A DNA stretch of 64,000 nucleotides from Candidatus Eiseniibacteriota bacterium (GTDB lineage: Bacteria > Eisenbacteria > RBG-16-71-46 > CAIMUX01 > VGJL01), in contig CAWBWI010000003.1 in NCBI GenBank assembly GCA_963792585.1, positions 896,001 to 960,000 of the forward strand. Direction: 5' to 3'. Shown here one piece after another: positions 17,683-27,545 of this stretch. A model generated the notes under the pieces. That model ran no database searches, was not told where the DNA came from, and saw only the letters and a list, made by a program, of their open reading frames with translations. The translations under genes and the position numbers were made by a program. Each line of letters starts with the position of its first letter. Position 1 is the stretch's first letter.

Positions 17683-19305
17683 TCACTCAAAGTGCTTCAG
17701 CTCCGGCCACACCGCCCGCAGATCGTGGCGGGGGCTGCGTGCGACGAAGACGGGAACGCGACTCTGGTAGTCCATGCAGTACTCGCACTCATGGAAGCCG
17801 ACCTGTCGGACGTCGTCGAAGGCCTCCTCCAGATCTTCTCTCGACACGAGAACCGCGACGACAACCTGGACCGAATCCTCTCCCGGTCCCCACAGGAAGT
17901 AGTTGTTGTGGGTGCTGATCACACGGCCCAGCCCGTAACGAGGTCCATAGAACTCGAGCGATCCGGCCTGGCCATAGTTGCCGCCCACGACCACGGCGTG
18001 CTCCCGGTCATCGGGCGGGAGGGTCGCCCAGACGCGTCCGACCTCCGCGACCCTCTCCTCCCAACCGAATCGATCCGCGAACCACTGCGGAAGCTTCGCC
18101 GTCTTGCCGCGTTCGATCTCGAAGTGCATCCCCAGGACATTCATGTACTTCACGAGCGTGGCGGGCGGAAGGACCGGCGTCACGATGGGTCCGAGTACGA
18201 TCCCACCCGCCGCGATCGCGGGGATCGCGGCCCTTGCGCTCCACGATCGCCACCCATCGACGCCTTGAGCGACCGCGAGGAGCTCGACCGCACGGGCGCC
18301 GGCGGCGAAGAGGATCGGATACGCCGCGATGATGCGATCGGGACGGCTCGACCGAGACGCGACCATGATCAGGATCAGGACCAAGTACGACCACCCGAAC
18401 GTCCGGTAGGGCCTTCCTTCAGCGCGGACGAGGCAAAACCAAAGCCCCAGGAGCCACAAGAGCAGCGCGATCGGGTTCATCAACAGCACCTGCTCGAGGA
18501 CAACACCGATCGGCGCCGTGGGGGCGTTCTTCAGGAGGATCGCGTTCCGGTAGAACTCGAGGGAGGGAAATCCGTGCTGCGCCTGCCATATCAGATTCGG
18601 GAGCAGGATCGCGAGCGCGACCACCCCCGCCTGGAACAGGTGCTTTGTCCGAAGCGCCTTTCTCGATGGGCTGACGATCCATCCGATGAGGAGCGCCACG
18701 ACGTACAGGATCATCGTGTGTTTGAACTCGAGGCCGACCCCGACGAGGAGCCCCAGGGACAACCAGCGCTTCGCCCGGCCGCGGTTGCCGCGCGGGTCTC
18801 GGCTGCCGTCGCGCAGGATCTGGATCACGAGGCAACCGCAGGTAGTCCAGATCAGCAGCTCGAAGGGGTTCATCGAGTAGAAGCCGCCGATCAGGATGTA
18901 GACCGGAGCGACGAGGACGGCGAGCGCGGCCAACGCCTGGCCACGGACTCCGCACCCGAGCATGCGCGCCATCCGGCCGGTCAGGAAGACCGTGGCGGCG
19001 ACCGTGAGGGCGGGCAGGAACCGCAAGGCGGGGAGAGACTCGCCGATCAGCGCGCGGGAGAGGGCCAGAAGCCAGATCGAGAGTGGAGGGTGATCCACAT
19101 ATCCGAAGGCGAGACGCTTCGAGCAGGCGATGTAATAGAACTCGTCGATGAAATACCCGTAGCCAAGCCGTATCAGGCCGCTCGTCACGAGATGCAGGAT
19201 CGGTGCAAGGAGGGCGATTGCGAGGAGCCACCCGTTCCCGCCCCGCGCGAAACGGACGGCGGCGGAACCGGATCCGTGCTCGCACGCTCCCGCGCGGGCC
19301 GGCAT
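17683..19305 (-). CDS. Polytopic glycosyltransferase, family 39 / ArnT-PMT-like
   Basis: GYFIDEFYY, GYVDHPPL, LPNLIWQ, FGWEE, NYGQAG; multiple TM helices; start uncertain. Confidence 0.88.
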   Translation of the reverse strand: MPARAGACEHGSGSAAVRFARGGNGWLLAIALLAPILHLVTSGLIRLGYGYFIDEFYYIACSKRLAFGYVDHPPLSIWLLALSRALIGESLPALRFLPALTVAATVFLTGRMARMLGCGVRGQALAALAVLVAPVYILIGGFYSMNPFELLIWTTCGCLVIQILRDGSRDPRGNRGRAKRWLSLGLLVGVGLEFKHTMILYVVALLIGWIVSPSRKALRTKHLFQAGVVALAILLPNLIWQAQHGFPSLEFYRNAILLKNAPTAPIGVVLEQVLLMNPIALLLWLLGLWFCLVRAEGRPYRTFGWSYLVLILIMVASRSSRPDRIIAAYPILFAAGARAVELLAVAQGVDGWRSWSARAAIPAIAAGGIVLGPIVTPVLPPATLVKYMNVLGMHFEIERGKTAKLPQWFADRFGWEERVAEVGRVWATLPPDDREHAVVVGGNYGQAGSLEFYGPRYGLGRVISTHNNYFLWGPGEDSVQVVVAVLVSREDLEEAFDDVRQVGFHECEYCMDYQSRVPVFVARSPRHDLRAVWPELKHFE

Positions 19306-19328
19306 CCCATCCGGTGCCGCGAAGTTCG

Positions 19329-20480
19329 TCAGAATGCCTCCATCACCTGGAAGTAGGCCTCGCTCCCGTAACGGGTCACGCCGATATCGGCCCGCATGTG
19401 CAGCCTGTCCTTCGAGTTCAGCAGAAAGCGCAGGCCGAATCCGCCGCCGCACTTCAAGCTCCGGAACCGCAGGCGGTCAAGTCCGCGGGCGACGTCCCCG
19501 ACCGAAGCGAATGCCACGCCGCCGAATCGCCACACGATCGGGAAGCGATCCTCGATCTGCAGGAAGGCCATCGACCGGTCGGTGAGGCGGCCGCGCACGA
19601 GTCCGCGCATCACTTCCCCCAGCTGTGGCAAGTCGTGGAAGGGAACCCGGCCGCTTCGCCCGCCGGCGAGCGCCTGGATCGCGAGGACATTGCGGGCTCC
19701 GATCGGTTCGTAGTGACGGAGATCGACTCCGTAGGTCGAGAATGCGGCATCACTGCCGATCGAAGTTCCGTAGGAAGTGAAGCCGACGCGTCCCCAGCTC
19801 CCGCGTGTCGGGAAGAATGTGTTGTCGCGGTTGTCCAGGTCGATCCTCGGTCCCGTGCCGATGTAGAAGCCGCCGTCGTGACCGGGGAGGAGTCCCCGGT
19901 CGAGAAGTCCGCCCGCTGAAGGTCCCTGGATGCTCCGGTGCTTGAGATCGACGGCCAGCCCCGCGCGGATGAATCCCCGGATGCGGCGCAGGACAGACCC
20001 CTGCAATGCGCCGCCTTCGAGCGTGTAAGTTTCCTCCGCGCTTTCCGGCGTGTCATTCCCGATCCCGAAGATGCCGGTGGGGAACTTCTGGTAGTCGGCG
20101 ATCGCCTCGATCCGCCAGGTCTGGTGGTCGAGGTAGATCTCCGGTGAGATGATCGCCGCCGCCTGTTTCTTCTCGGTGAGGATCCCCCCGACGGCGAGAA
20201 CGCGCGGTCGATCGGTCGCGGAATCCCCGACGCTCCGGTGCGTGAGGATCATCCCGGCGCCGCCCGCCAGTCCGGTCTCAGGCGTGGAGTAGAGGACCGG
20301 GAACGCGGAGACGCTGAGGCCGGCCCGTTTCGATTCGGTCGCCGCGCCGCTCGCGGAGTCGGCGGGAGCCGACGCGGTCGCGGGCGTTGGGGGCGCCGGA
20401 TCGATCGCACGGGCGATCATCGGCGATATGGCCGGGCCGACCGTGAGCGCGAGCGTGAGGACGACGGCGGACGTCCGCAC
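19329..20480 (-). CDS. Omp85/BamA-TamA family outer membrane beta-barrel without POTRA domains
   Basis: Signal peptide from GTG 20480; DNRDNTFFPTRG, MRG..RGR..DR, GFGLRF, C-terminal MEAF. Confidence 0.85.
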   Translation of the reverse strand: MRTSAVVLTLALTVGPAISPMIARAIDPAPPTPATASAPADSASGAATESKRAGLSVSAFPVLYSTPETGLAGGAGMILTHRSVGDSATDRPRVLAVGGILTEKKQAAAIISPEIYLDHQTWRIEAIADYQKFPTGIFGIGNDTPESAEETYTLEGGALQGSVLRRIRGFIRAGLAVDLKHRSIQGPSAGGLLDRGLLPGHDGGFYIGTGPRIDLDNRDNTFFPTRGSWGRVGFTSYGTSIGSDAAFSTYGVDLRHYEPIGARNVLAIQALAGGRSGRVPFHDLPQLGEVMRGLVRGRLTDRSMAFLQIEDRFPIVWRFGGVAFASVGDVARGLDRLRFRSLKCGGGFGLRFLLNSKDRLHMRADIGVTRYGSEAYFQVMEAF

Positions 20481-20725
20481 GGGCCGCCAGCGTCCCTCCC
20501 GGGGAACGGTTCGATTCACGGGACCAACGTTATACCGGATCGAGCGCCTGCAATCCAGCGGAGGGTGAGGCGGACATTGCATCGAATGCTCCGTCCGCGT
20601 AGAATTACGGGCCGTAGATGGAGGCCTCGCGCAGGAAGCCGGGAAACTCCCGGGATTCACGCGCGCACGCGGCCAAATGCGAATTCGACGGCGACCTTCG
20701 TGCGACCTGGAAGGACTTGGCGGCA

Positions 20726-22489
20726 ATGAAACATCTCATTCTCCCGCTTCTGCTCTTGGCGTTTTTCGCAGCCTCCGCGCACGCGGGCCGCAATCAGAAC
20801 GGCGCACTCGTCGTGCATACAAACGACGAGGTCATCTACACGCCGGATTGGAGTTATTGTGACACTCCCTCCGGGCCGACAGACTGCGAAGCGCTGAACC
20901 CAAATGGGACTCACGGGCTCGACACCCCGCAACTGGTGTGGCTTCTGGCCGCCTTCCGACCGGAGGCTTCGCCCGGCGTGACGACGATCCAGTTTGGGAT
21001 CCGGCACAACCTGCCGGCCGGTCAGGGGTACTTCCCAACCTATTCGGCTTGCGGACCATCGCCTGTGGAATTGCGGGACGCCGGCTGGCCCGACTCCGGC
21101 TTCGGGAATCTCGTAGCCTTCGGCTCACCCGTCTACGATCATGTCTTTCGTTTCTACTTCTTCACTGTGTATGTAGACGGCCCCGACAACTACCTCGGCA
21201 CCCGCACCTACCCGAGCACGAACGAGGCGAAGTTCGTCGACGACGGAAGTCCACCCGTGGAGGATCTGTGCATCAACTTCGGCACGATGCGGTGGGATGG
21301 AACGGGGCACAACGATTGCCCGAACCCGGTGCCTCCAGGCGGCGCCTGCTGTTTCTGCGATGGTCACTGCCTCGTTCAGTCGCAGGCGGAGTGTTGGGCC
21401 GCCGGCGGCACCTACTACGGCGACGGCACGACCTGCGATCCCAATCCCTGTCCGGGGGCCGCCGGGGCCTGTTGCTTCCCGGACGGGCATTGCACGATCT
21501 TGGACTGCCTGGCGTGCCCTGAGGCGGGCGGCGTTTGGCAGGGTTCCGGCACGACCTGCACACCAAACCCCTGCCCTCCGCCGGCGGGCGCCTGCTGCTT
21601 CCCGGACCTGCATTGCATCGAGGTGGTGGAAGCGGAATGCCTGGCGCAGGGCGGTGTGTGGGGTGGAGTGGGCTCCACGTGCACGGGGTACCCGTGCGAG
21701 GAAGGCGCCTGTTGCTTCCCCCTGGGTTTCTGCACCATCACGCGGCAAGCTGACTGCGAGCAGCAGGGGGGTATCTTCCAGGGAATCTTCGTGTCGTGCG
21801 AGCCGAATCCCTGCCCGCCGCCGACCGGCGCCTGCTGCTTCCCGAATGGCGACTGCACGACTCTGACCCTTGCGGAGTGCGCGACGCAGGGCGGCGACTG
21901 GCAAGGAGCCGACACCGGTTGCACGCCGAACCCATGCGAGGGGGTGACCGGGGCCTGCTGCCTCCCCAGCGGCGAATGCCTGCCATCGACGCCCAGGTAC
22001 TGCGAGTCCCTGCATGGTGTGTACCAGGGGCCGTTCGTGTCCTGCTTTCCGAACCCGTGCCCGCAGGCTCCCCAGGCCTGCTGCTTCCCGGACGACCACT
22101 GCGAGTTCGTGCTGGTAGAGATCTGCCGGGAACTTGGCGGCATCCCCCTGGGGTACGACACGCTCTGCGATCCGAATCCCTGCCCGACGGCTCCGCAGGC
22201 CTGCTGTCACCCCAGCGGAGATTGCACCCTCGAGTCGGAGCAGGATTGCACGGCCGGTGGCGGCTCGCCGCAGGGTGATGGAACGGATTGTCTCCCGAAT
22301 CCCTGCGTGCCGCTCGGTACGGGCGCATGCTGCCTGCCGGACGCTACCTGCAGCCTCCAGACACGCGACGAGTGCGAGCAGATTTTCGGCTGGTACATGG
22401 GGGACGGTATTCCCTGTGAACCGAACCCCTGCGGCTCGAACCCGATCGAGCGCACGACTTGGGGCAGGCTCAAGGCGATCTACAGATAA
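20726..22489 (+). CDS. Secreted Cys-rich protein: unrecognised N-terminal domain, nine GACC repeats, C-terminal TWG motif
   Basis: Signal MKHLILPLLLLAFFAASAHA; nine repeats of CC-x5-C-x7-C-x13-C-x4-C; ends ERTTWGRLKAIYR. Confidence 0.9.
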   Translation: MKHLILPLLLLAFFAASAHAGRNQNGALVVHTNDEVIYTPDWSYCDTPSGPTDCEALNPNGTHGLDTPQLVWLLAAFRPEASPGVTTIQFGIRHNLPAGQGYFPTYSACGPSPVELRDAGWPDSGFGNLVAFGSPVYDHVFRFYFFTVYVDGPDNYLGTRTYPSTNEAKFVDDGSPPVEDLCINFGTMRWDGTGHNDCPNPVPPGGACCFCDGHCLVQSQAECWAAGGTYYGDGTTCDPNPCPGAAGACCFPDGHCTILDCLACPEAGGVWQGSGTTCTPNPCPPPAGACCFPDLHCIEVVEAECLAQGGVWGGVGSTCTGYPCEEGACCFPLGFCTITRQADCEQQGGIFQGIFVSCEPNPCPPPTGACCFPNGDCTTLTLAECATQGGDWQGADTGCTPNPCEGVTGACCLPSGECLPSTPRYCESLHGVYQGPFVSCFPNPCPQAPQACCFPDDHCEFVLVEICRELGGIPLGYDTLCDPNPCPTAPQACCHPSGDCTLESEQDCTAGGGSPQGDGTDCLPNPCVPLGTGACCLPDATCSLQTRDECEQIFGWYMGDGIPCEPNPCGSNPIERTTWGRLKAIYR

Positions 22490-22516
22490 CCTCAGAACGA
22501 CCGCGCGCAGGAAGGT

Positions 22517-22541
22517 GGCCCGCCCCATCTGGGGGCGGGCC
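22517..22541. terminator. GC hairpin between convergent genes (possible terminator, no U-tract)
   Basis: GGCCCGCCCC-ATCTG-GGGGCGGGCC, perfect 10-bp stem. Confidence 0.5.
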
Positions 22542-22546
22542 CGTCG

Positions 22547-25500
22547 CTAGGCGGTGAAGTACTTCGCCTCGGGATGGTGCACGATGAGGGCCGAGGTCGA
22601 CTGCTCCGGTTCGATCTGCCAGGTGTCGGTGAGCGTGCAGCCAATCCGCTCGGGACGGAGGAGGCGCCAGATCTTCGCCTGCTCGGAAAGATCGGGACAG
22701 GCCGGATACCCAAAGCTGTATCGCGATCCGCGATACCGCTGCTGAAACAGCTCGCGAATCCGTGGGGAATCCTCGCCCGAGATGCCCAGTTCCATCCTCA
22801 TTCGCTTGTGCCACATCTCGGCCAGCGCCTCCGCGCACTCGACCCCGAAGCCATGCAGGAATAGGTACTCCGAGTACGCATCGGCCTCGAAGAGCTGCTT
22901 GGCGCGACGGGACACTTCGGACCCCACGGTCACGCACGCGAGCCCCAGGACGTCGATCTCGCCGCTCTCCTTTGCGCGGAAGAAGTCGGCGATGCACAGC
23001 CTTCGTCCGTCTCGCTGTCGCGGAAAGACGAAGCGCTCGATCTCACGATTTGGATCGTGCGGATCGAGTACGACGAGTGCGTCCCCATCGGCATGCACGG
23101 GGAACCAGCCGTAGGCGACGGAAGGCTCGAGGATTCGCTCGTTCCGGCACTGCTCTTGCAGCCGCGCGAAGATCGGCTCGACCTCATCACGGAGCACCGC
23201 TTCGAGTTTCTCCGGCGAGAGTCCGCGCTTGCGAAACTGCCATTGCCCTCGAAAGAGCGCGATCTTGTTGATGTAAGGGTAGATCTCGTCGAGATCGACC
23301 CGCTCCACCACACGATCGCCCCAGAAGGGAGGGTGGGGCACGATCACGTCGCGCGCGACGTCGCTCCTGGGCAGTGCGCGAAGGCCGCCCGGTCCTTCGG
23401 CGGGCGCCGGCCCACCGACCTCCGTGGCGCATCCGGTGCTCCCTACCACCGCCTCATGGCGCTCGCGACGCCGGGGTCCTGCGAGGCGCTCGACGCGCTC
23501 CGCCACCTCCTTGTCGAGCACTGCGATGCGACCGGTTGAGACCTGATCCATGAAGCGCAGCCCCTCGAACGCATCGTTCCCATAGTGGGTGTGCGGGTAG
23601 ATGCCGCGCAACGTCTCCTCAGCATAGGCCCGGGTGAGGGCCGCGCCACCCAGGATGACCGGCACCTCGAGTCCGAGTGTCTGCATCTCCTCGAGATTCT
23701 CCTGCATGACCGCAACCGACTTCACAAGAAGTCCCGAAAGGCCGATCGCGTCCGCGCGGTGCTCGCGATAGGCCTCCAGGATGGCGGAGATCGGCTGCTT
23801 GATCCCGAGGTTCACGACCGAGTAGCCGTTGTTGGTGAGGATGATATCGACGAGGTTCTTGCCGATGTCGTGCACGTCTCCCTTCACCGTGGCGAGAACC
23901 ATCTTGCCGCGCGCGGCGCCTCCCACCTTCGGCATGTGGGGCTCCAGGTAACCGACGGCCGCCTTCATCACCTCGGCGCTCTGGAGCACGAAGGGGAGCT
24001 GCATTTCACCCGAAGCGAAGAGGCGGCCGACCTCCTTCATGCCGTCGAGCAGATGGTCGTTGACGATGACGAGGGGGTCGTACTTCAGGAGCGCTTCGTC
24101 CAGCGAAGCGGTAAGCCCCTCCCTCTCGCCGTCCACGATGTGCCGTCGAAGCCGCTCTTCGAGCGGGAGGTCCGCGAGGTGGGCGCGCCGCGCCCCCTCG
24201 TCCGGCTCGTCCTCGTCGGCGAAGATCTGAATGAACGCGGTGAGGGGGTCGAAGGCGTCGCGTCTTCGGTCGTAGATCAGGTCGAGCGCCGCGTTCCACC
24301 GTGTGGGGTCGATGCGATTCCGCGGAAGGATCTTCGAGGCATGCACGATGGCCGATGTGAGCCCCGCCGCCACGCACTCGTGCAAGAAGACGCTGTTCAA
24401 GACCACTCGCGCCGACTGCTTCAGCCCGAAGCTCACGTTCGAGATGCCGAGAATGGTCTGGCAATCGGGGAAGCGCTCGGCGATACGGCGCACTCCTTCC
24501 ACAGTCTCGAGCGCGAGACGCCGATCCGCCTCGACCCCCGTCGTGATCGGGAGCACGAGCGCATCAAAGAAGAGATCCTCCGGGCGAAGGCCGTGCGTGT
24601 TCACCGCTAGGTCGTACATCCGCTCCGCGATCGTGAGCTTTCGGTCCGCGGTCTTCGCCATCGCCTCGCCGGGGTCCTCGTCGATCGTGCCCAGGACGAC
24701 GGCGGCGCCATGGAATCTTGCCAGCGCACAGATGCGCGCGAAGCGCTCCTCACCATCCTCGAGGTTCGTCGAGTTCAGGATGCACTTCCCCGGAGCCAGC
24801 TCCAGACCCGCTTCCAGCACGTCGATCTGGGTGGAGTCGAGCATGAGCGGCAGGGGAACCGCCGATCCGAAGCGGCGGATCACCTCGCGCATGTCGCGCG
24901 CGCCGTCCCGTCCCACGCAATCGACCGAGACGTCGATCACATGGCTCCCATCGCGGGCCTGCTCGCGCCCCATGGCCACCAGGCCGTCCCAGTCTTCTTC
25001 CGCCAGGAGTCGCTTGAACTTCCGCGAGCCGTTCGTGTTCGTCCGCTCGCCCACGATGAGGAACGAGGTGTCCTGTCGAAACGCGACGGGCGAGTAGAGC
25101 GAGGCGCACCCCGCCGGAGCCGGCGCCTTGTCGATGCGAACCGGCGCGCGATCGCCGAGGAGCGTTTTCAACCGCTCGATGTGCTCGGGCCGGGTGCCGC
25201 AGCAGCCGCCCACCAGGCGGACGCCGAACTGCTCGACGAAGCGCACCAGGGTCCGCGCGAACTCCTCCGGCTGGAGCGGGAAATCCGCCTTGCCGTCCAC
25301 GAGCGCGGGGATCCCGGCGTTCGGGATCACGCTGATGGGGCGTGCCCAGTGCCGCGACAGCCACTTCACGTGCTCCGTCATCTCGAGCGGCCCGGTGGCG
25401 CAGTTGAGGCCGAGCGAGAAGATAGGGAAGTTCCTCAGGATCTCCGCCGCCGCCGCGATCTCGGTGCCCAGCAGCATCGTGCCGGTCGTTTCGATCGTGA

Positions 25501-26080
25501 TGGAGGCCATCAGCGGGATCTCCTCGGGAGTCTTGCCGCACGTCTCGATGGCACGGATTGCCGCCGTGAGCGCGCACTTCGCCTGCAGGATGTCCTGGCA
25601 GGTCTCCACGATGAGGAGGTCGGCACCCCCTTCGATCAACCCGAGCGCCTGTTCCAGGTAGGATTCGAGCATGTCGCGCCAGGTGGTGTGGCCGAGGGTC
25701 AGCAGCTTTGTCCCGGGGCCCATGGAGCCGGCGACGAATCGCGGGCGATCGGAGGTCGAGTAACGGTCCACCGCCGCGCGGGCCACCTCGGCCGCGCGCC
25801 GGTTGATCTCGCGCGTCCGCTCGACGAGGTCAAACTCGGCGAAGACGAGCTTGTTCGCGCCAAAAGTATCGGTTTCGATCACGTCGGCGCCTGCGGAGAG
25901 AAAACTCTCGTGGATCGCCTGAATCACCTCGGGACGCGTGAGCACCAGGACCTCGGTGCAGTTCTCCCGCCCGAGGTAGTCCGTTTCCAGATCGAGCGGC
26001 AGCGGATGGATCGATGTCCCCATGGCCCCGTCGAAGACGAGGACACGCTTCTCGACTTGCTGTGCGAACCGACTGATCAT
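22547..26080 (-). CDS. metH: Cobalamin-dependent methionine synthase
   Basis: DGAMGT, GLNCATG, GGCCGT, GERTNTNGS, GDVHDIGKN, RYSFGYPACP. Confidence 0.98.
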   Translation of the reverse strand: MISRFAQQVEKRVLVFDGAMGTSIHPLPLDLETDYLGRENCTEVLVLTRPEVIQAIHESFLSAGADVIETDTFGANKLVFAEFDLVERTREINRRAAEVARAAVDRYSTSDRPRFVAGSMGPGTKLLTLGHTTWRDMLESYLEQALGLIEGGADLLIVETCQDILQAKCALTAAIRAIETCGKTPEEIPLMASITIETTGTMLLGTEIAAAAEILRNFPIFSLGLNCATGPLEMTEHVKWLSRHWARPISVIPNAGIPALVDGKADFPLQPEEFARTLVRFVEQFGVRLVGGCCGTRPEHIERLKTLLGDRAPVRIDKAPAPAGCASLYSPVAFRQDTSFLIVGERTNTNGSRKFKRLLAEEDWDGLVAMGREQARDGSHVIDVSVDCVGRDGARDMREVIRRFGSAVPLPLMLDSTQIDVLEAGLELAPGKCILNSTNLEDGEERFARICALARFHGAAVVLGTIDEDPGEAMAKTADRKLTIAERMYDLAVNTHGLRPEDLFFDALVLPITTGVEADRRLALETVEGVRRIAERFPDCQTILGISNVSFGLKQSARVVLNSVFLHECVAAGLTSAIVHASKILPRNRIDPTRWNAALDLIYDRRRDAFDPLTAFIQIFADEDEPDEGARRAHLADLPLEERLRRHIVDGEREGLTASLDEALLKYDPLVIVNDHLLDGMKEVGRLFASGEMQLPFVLQSAEVMKAAVGYLEPHMPKVGGAARGKMVLATVKGDVHDIGKNLVDIILTNNGYSVVNLGIKQPISAILEAYREHRADAIGLSGLLVKSVAVMQENLEEMQTLGLEVPVILGGAALTRAYAEETLRGIYPHTHYGNDAFEGLRFMDQVSTGRIAVLDKEVAERVERLAGPRRRERHEAVVGSTGCATEVGGPAPAEGPGGLRALPRSDVARDVIVPHPPFWGDRVVERVDLDEIYPYINKIALFRGQWQFRKRGLSPEKLEAVLRDEVEPIFARLQEQCRNERILEPSVAYGWFPVHADGDALVVLDPHDPNREIERFVFPRQRDGRRLCIADFFRAKESGEIDVLGLACVTVGSEVSRRAKQLFEADAYSEYLFLHGFGVECAEALAEMWHKRMRMELGISGEDSPRIRELFQQRYRGSRYSFGYPACPDLSEQAKIWRLLRPERIGCTLTDTWQIEPEQSTSALIVHHPEAKYFTA

Positions 26081-26164
26081 TGCCGGGTGTTTCTCCGCGA
26101 TGGTGACCGGACGACGAACCGAGAAGCCCTCGCCGCCGCGGTCGAGGGTTCCATCGTTACGCAG

Positions 26165-26272
26165 AGTCGGGCGTTGCTTGGCCCATCCGTTGAAGAGCCT
26201 GGCATCTCGTTCACCGCGGGAGCTGCTCTCGCCGGGTGTGGATCGCGGCCCACGCCCCTCGCTGAATCTTCC
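26165..26272 (-). ncRNA. Candidate SAH riboswitch in the metH leader
   Basis: Ordered elements GAGGGGCG ... GCCAGGCUC ... CAACGCCC with pseudoknot complementarity GGGCGU/ACGCCC; P1 is weak. Confidence 0.5.
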
Positions 26273-26422
26273 CTTTCACTATGACGGAACCGGCTCCGGC
26301 GAGGCAACCACTCGCCATGACATCGGGCGGCATGGGTGACGAAGGAGGATCCTCCGAGGTCCCGAATCCTCCAATCCGACCGCCGCTTGACCGGCCTGAC
26401 GGCGTTCTCCTAGTCTTTGCGA

Positions 26423-27496
26423 ATGAGCACACCGAGCGATGTATTCTTCTGTCCTGTTCCCGATGCCCATTCCACCGGGTGGACCAAGGCCGTGGGTCGT
26501 CTGCTGGACCACGCCGAGCTGGGCGGCTTCGTCGATTCGAATGACCGGGTCGCGATCAAGGTCCACGTCGGCGAGCCGGGCCTGAAGACGGCGCTCCCCC
26601 CGGAAATCGCCGGCACGGTCGCGCGAAGGCTCCGCGATGTCGGCGCTTCTCCCTTCTTCACCGACACGGCCGTTCTCTATCCGGGCCGCCGGAGCAATGG
26701 CGTCACCCACGCCGAGGTCGCCGTGGAGCACGGATTCACCCTCGAGCGAAACGGAGCGGTCTTCATCCCCGCCGACGGGATCGCCGGCAACCTCGAGGTC
26801 GATGTCGCGGTCGCGGGCAGGCACTTCGAGACGGTGGGCATTGCCGAGGCGATCGCCGGCGCGAATGCGATCGTAGCGGTCTCCCACATGACCGGCCACA
26901 TGCTCTCCGGCTTCGGCGCCACGTTGAAAAACATCGGGATGGGGTGCTCATCCCGGAAAGGGAAGCTCCTGCAGCACAGCGACACGAAGCCTTACATCAA
27001 GGACGGATGCGCGGCATGCGGCGACTGCGTCGACCACTGTCCCACCGGGGCCCTGAGCAGGGACGGCGACGGACGCGCCCATATCGACGAGTCCAGCTGT
27101 TCCGGGTGCGGTGAGTGTCTCGCCCTGTGCCGCTGCGGCGCGATCGGTTTCCGCTGGGATTCCGGCTCCGCCGCGATGCAGGAGAAGATGGTCGAGCACG
27201 CGCTCGGCACGATGCGCGCCATGAAGCGGAAGATCATCTGCCTTCTCGGGATCGTCGACCTCACGCAACACTGTGATTGCTGGGCGCCGGGCTCGCCCCG
27301 GGTCGCGTCCGACGTCGGCTTCGCCCTCTCACGCGATCCCGTGGCCCTCGATCAGGCCGCCCTCGATCTCGTCGCCTCCGTCACGGGCACGCCCCTCGAT
27401 CGTCTCGCGTGGCCCAATCTCGACGGGACGGTGCAGCTCTCCTACGCGGAGAGCTTGGGGCTCGGGAGCCGCAGTTACCGACTCATCGAGATATAG
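26423..27496 (+). CDS. DUF362-family Fe-S protein with 2x[4Fe-4S] ferredoxin domain
   Basis: IKVHVGE, HMTGH...GATLKNIGMG, CAACGDCVDHCP, CSGCGECLALC, CDC, DPVALD. Confidence 0.9.
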   Translation: MSTPSDVFFCPVPDAHSTGWTKAVGRLLDHAELGGFVDSNDRVAIKVHVGEPGLKTALPPEIAGTVARRLRDVGASPFFTDTAVLYPGRRSNGVTHAEVAVEHGFTLERNGAVFIPADGIAGNLEVDVAVAGRHFETVGIAEAIAGANAIVAVSHMTGHMLSGFGATLKNIGMGCSSRKGKLLQHSDTKPYIKDGCAACGDCVDHCPTGALSRDGDGRAHIDESSCSGCGECLALCRCGAIGFRWDSGSAAMQEKMVEHALGTMRAMKRKIICLLGIVDLTQHCDCWAPGSPRVASDVGFALSRDPVALDQAALDLVASVTGTPLDRLAWPNLDGTVQLSYAESLGLGSRSYRLIEI

Positions 27497-27545
27497 ATCC
27501 CGGACGGAGGTCCCTACACGGAAGTCCCGGCGGCGCCGGTGCGGA

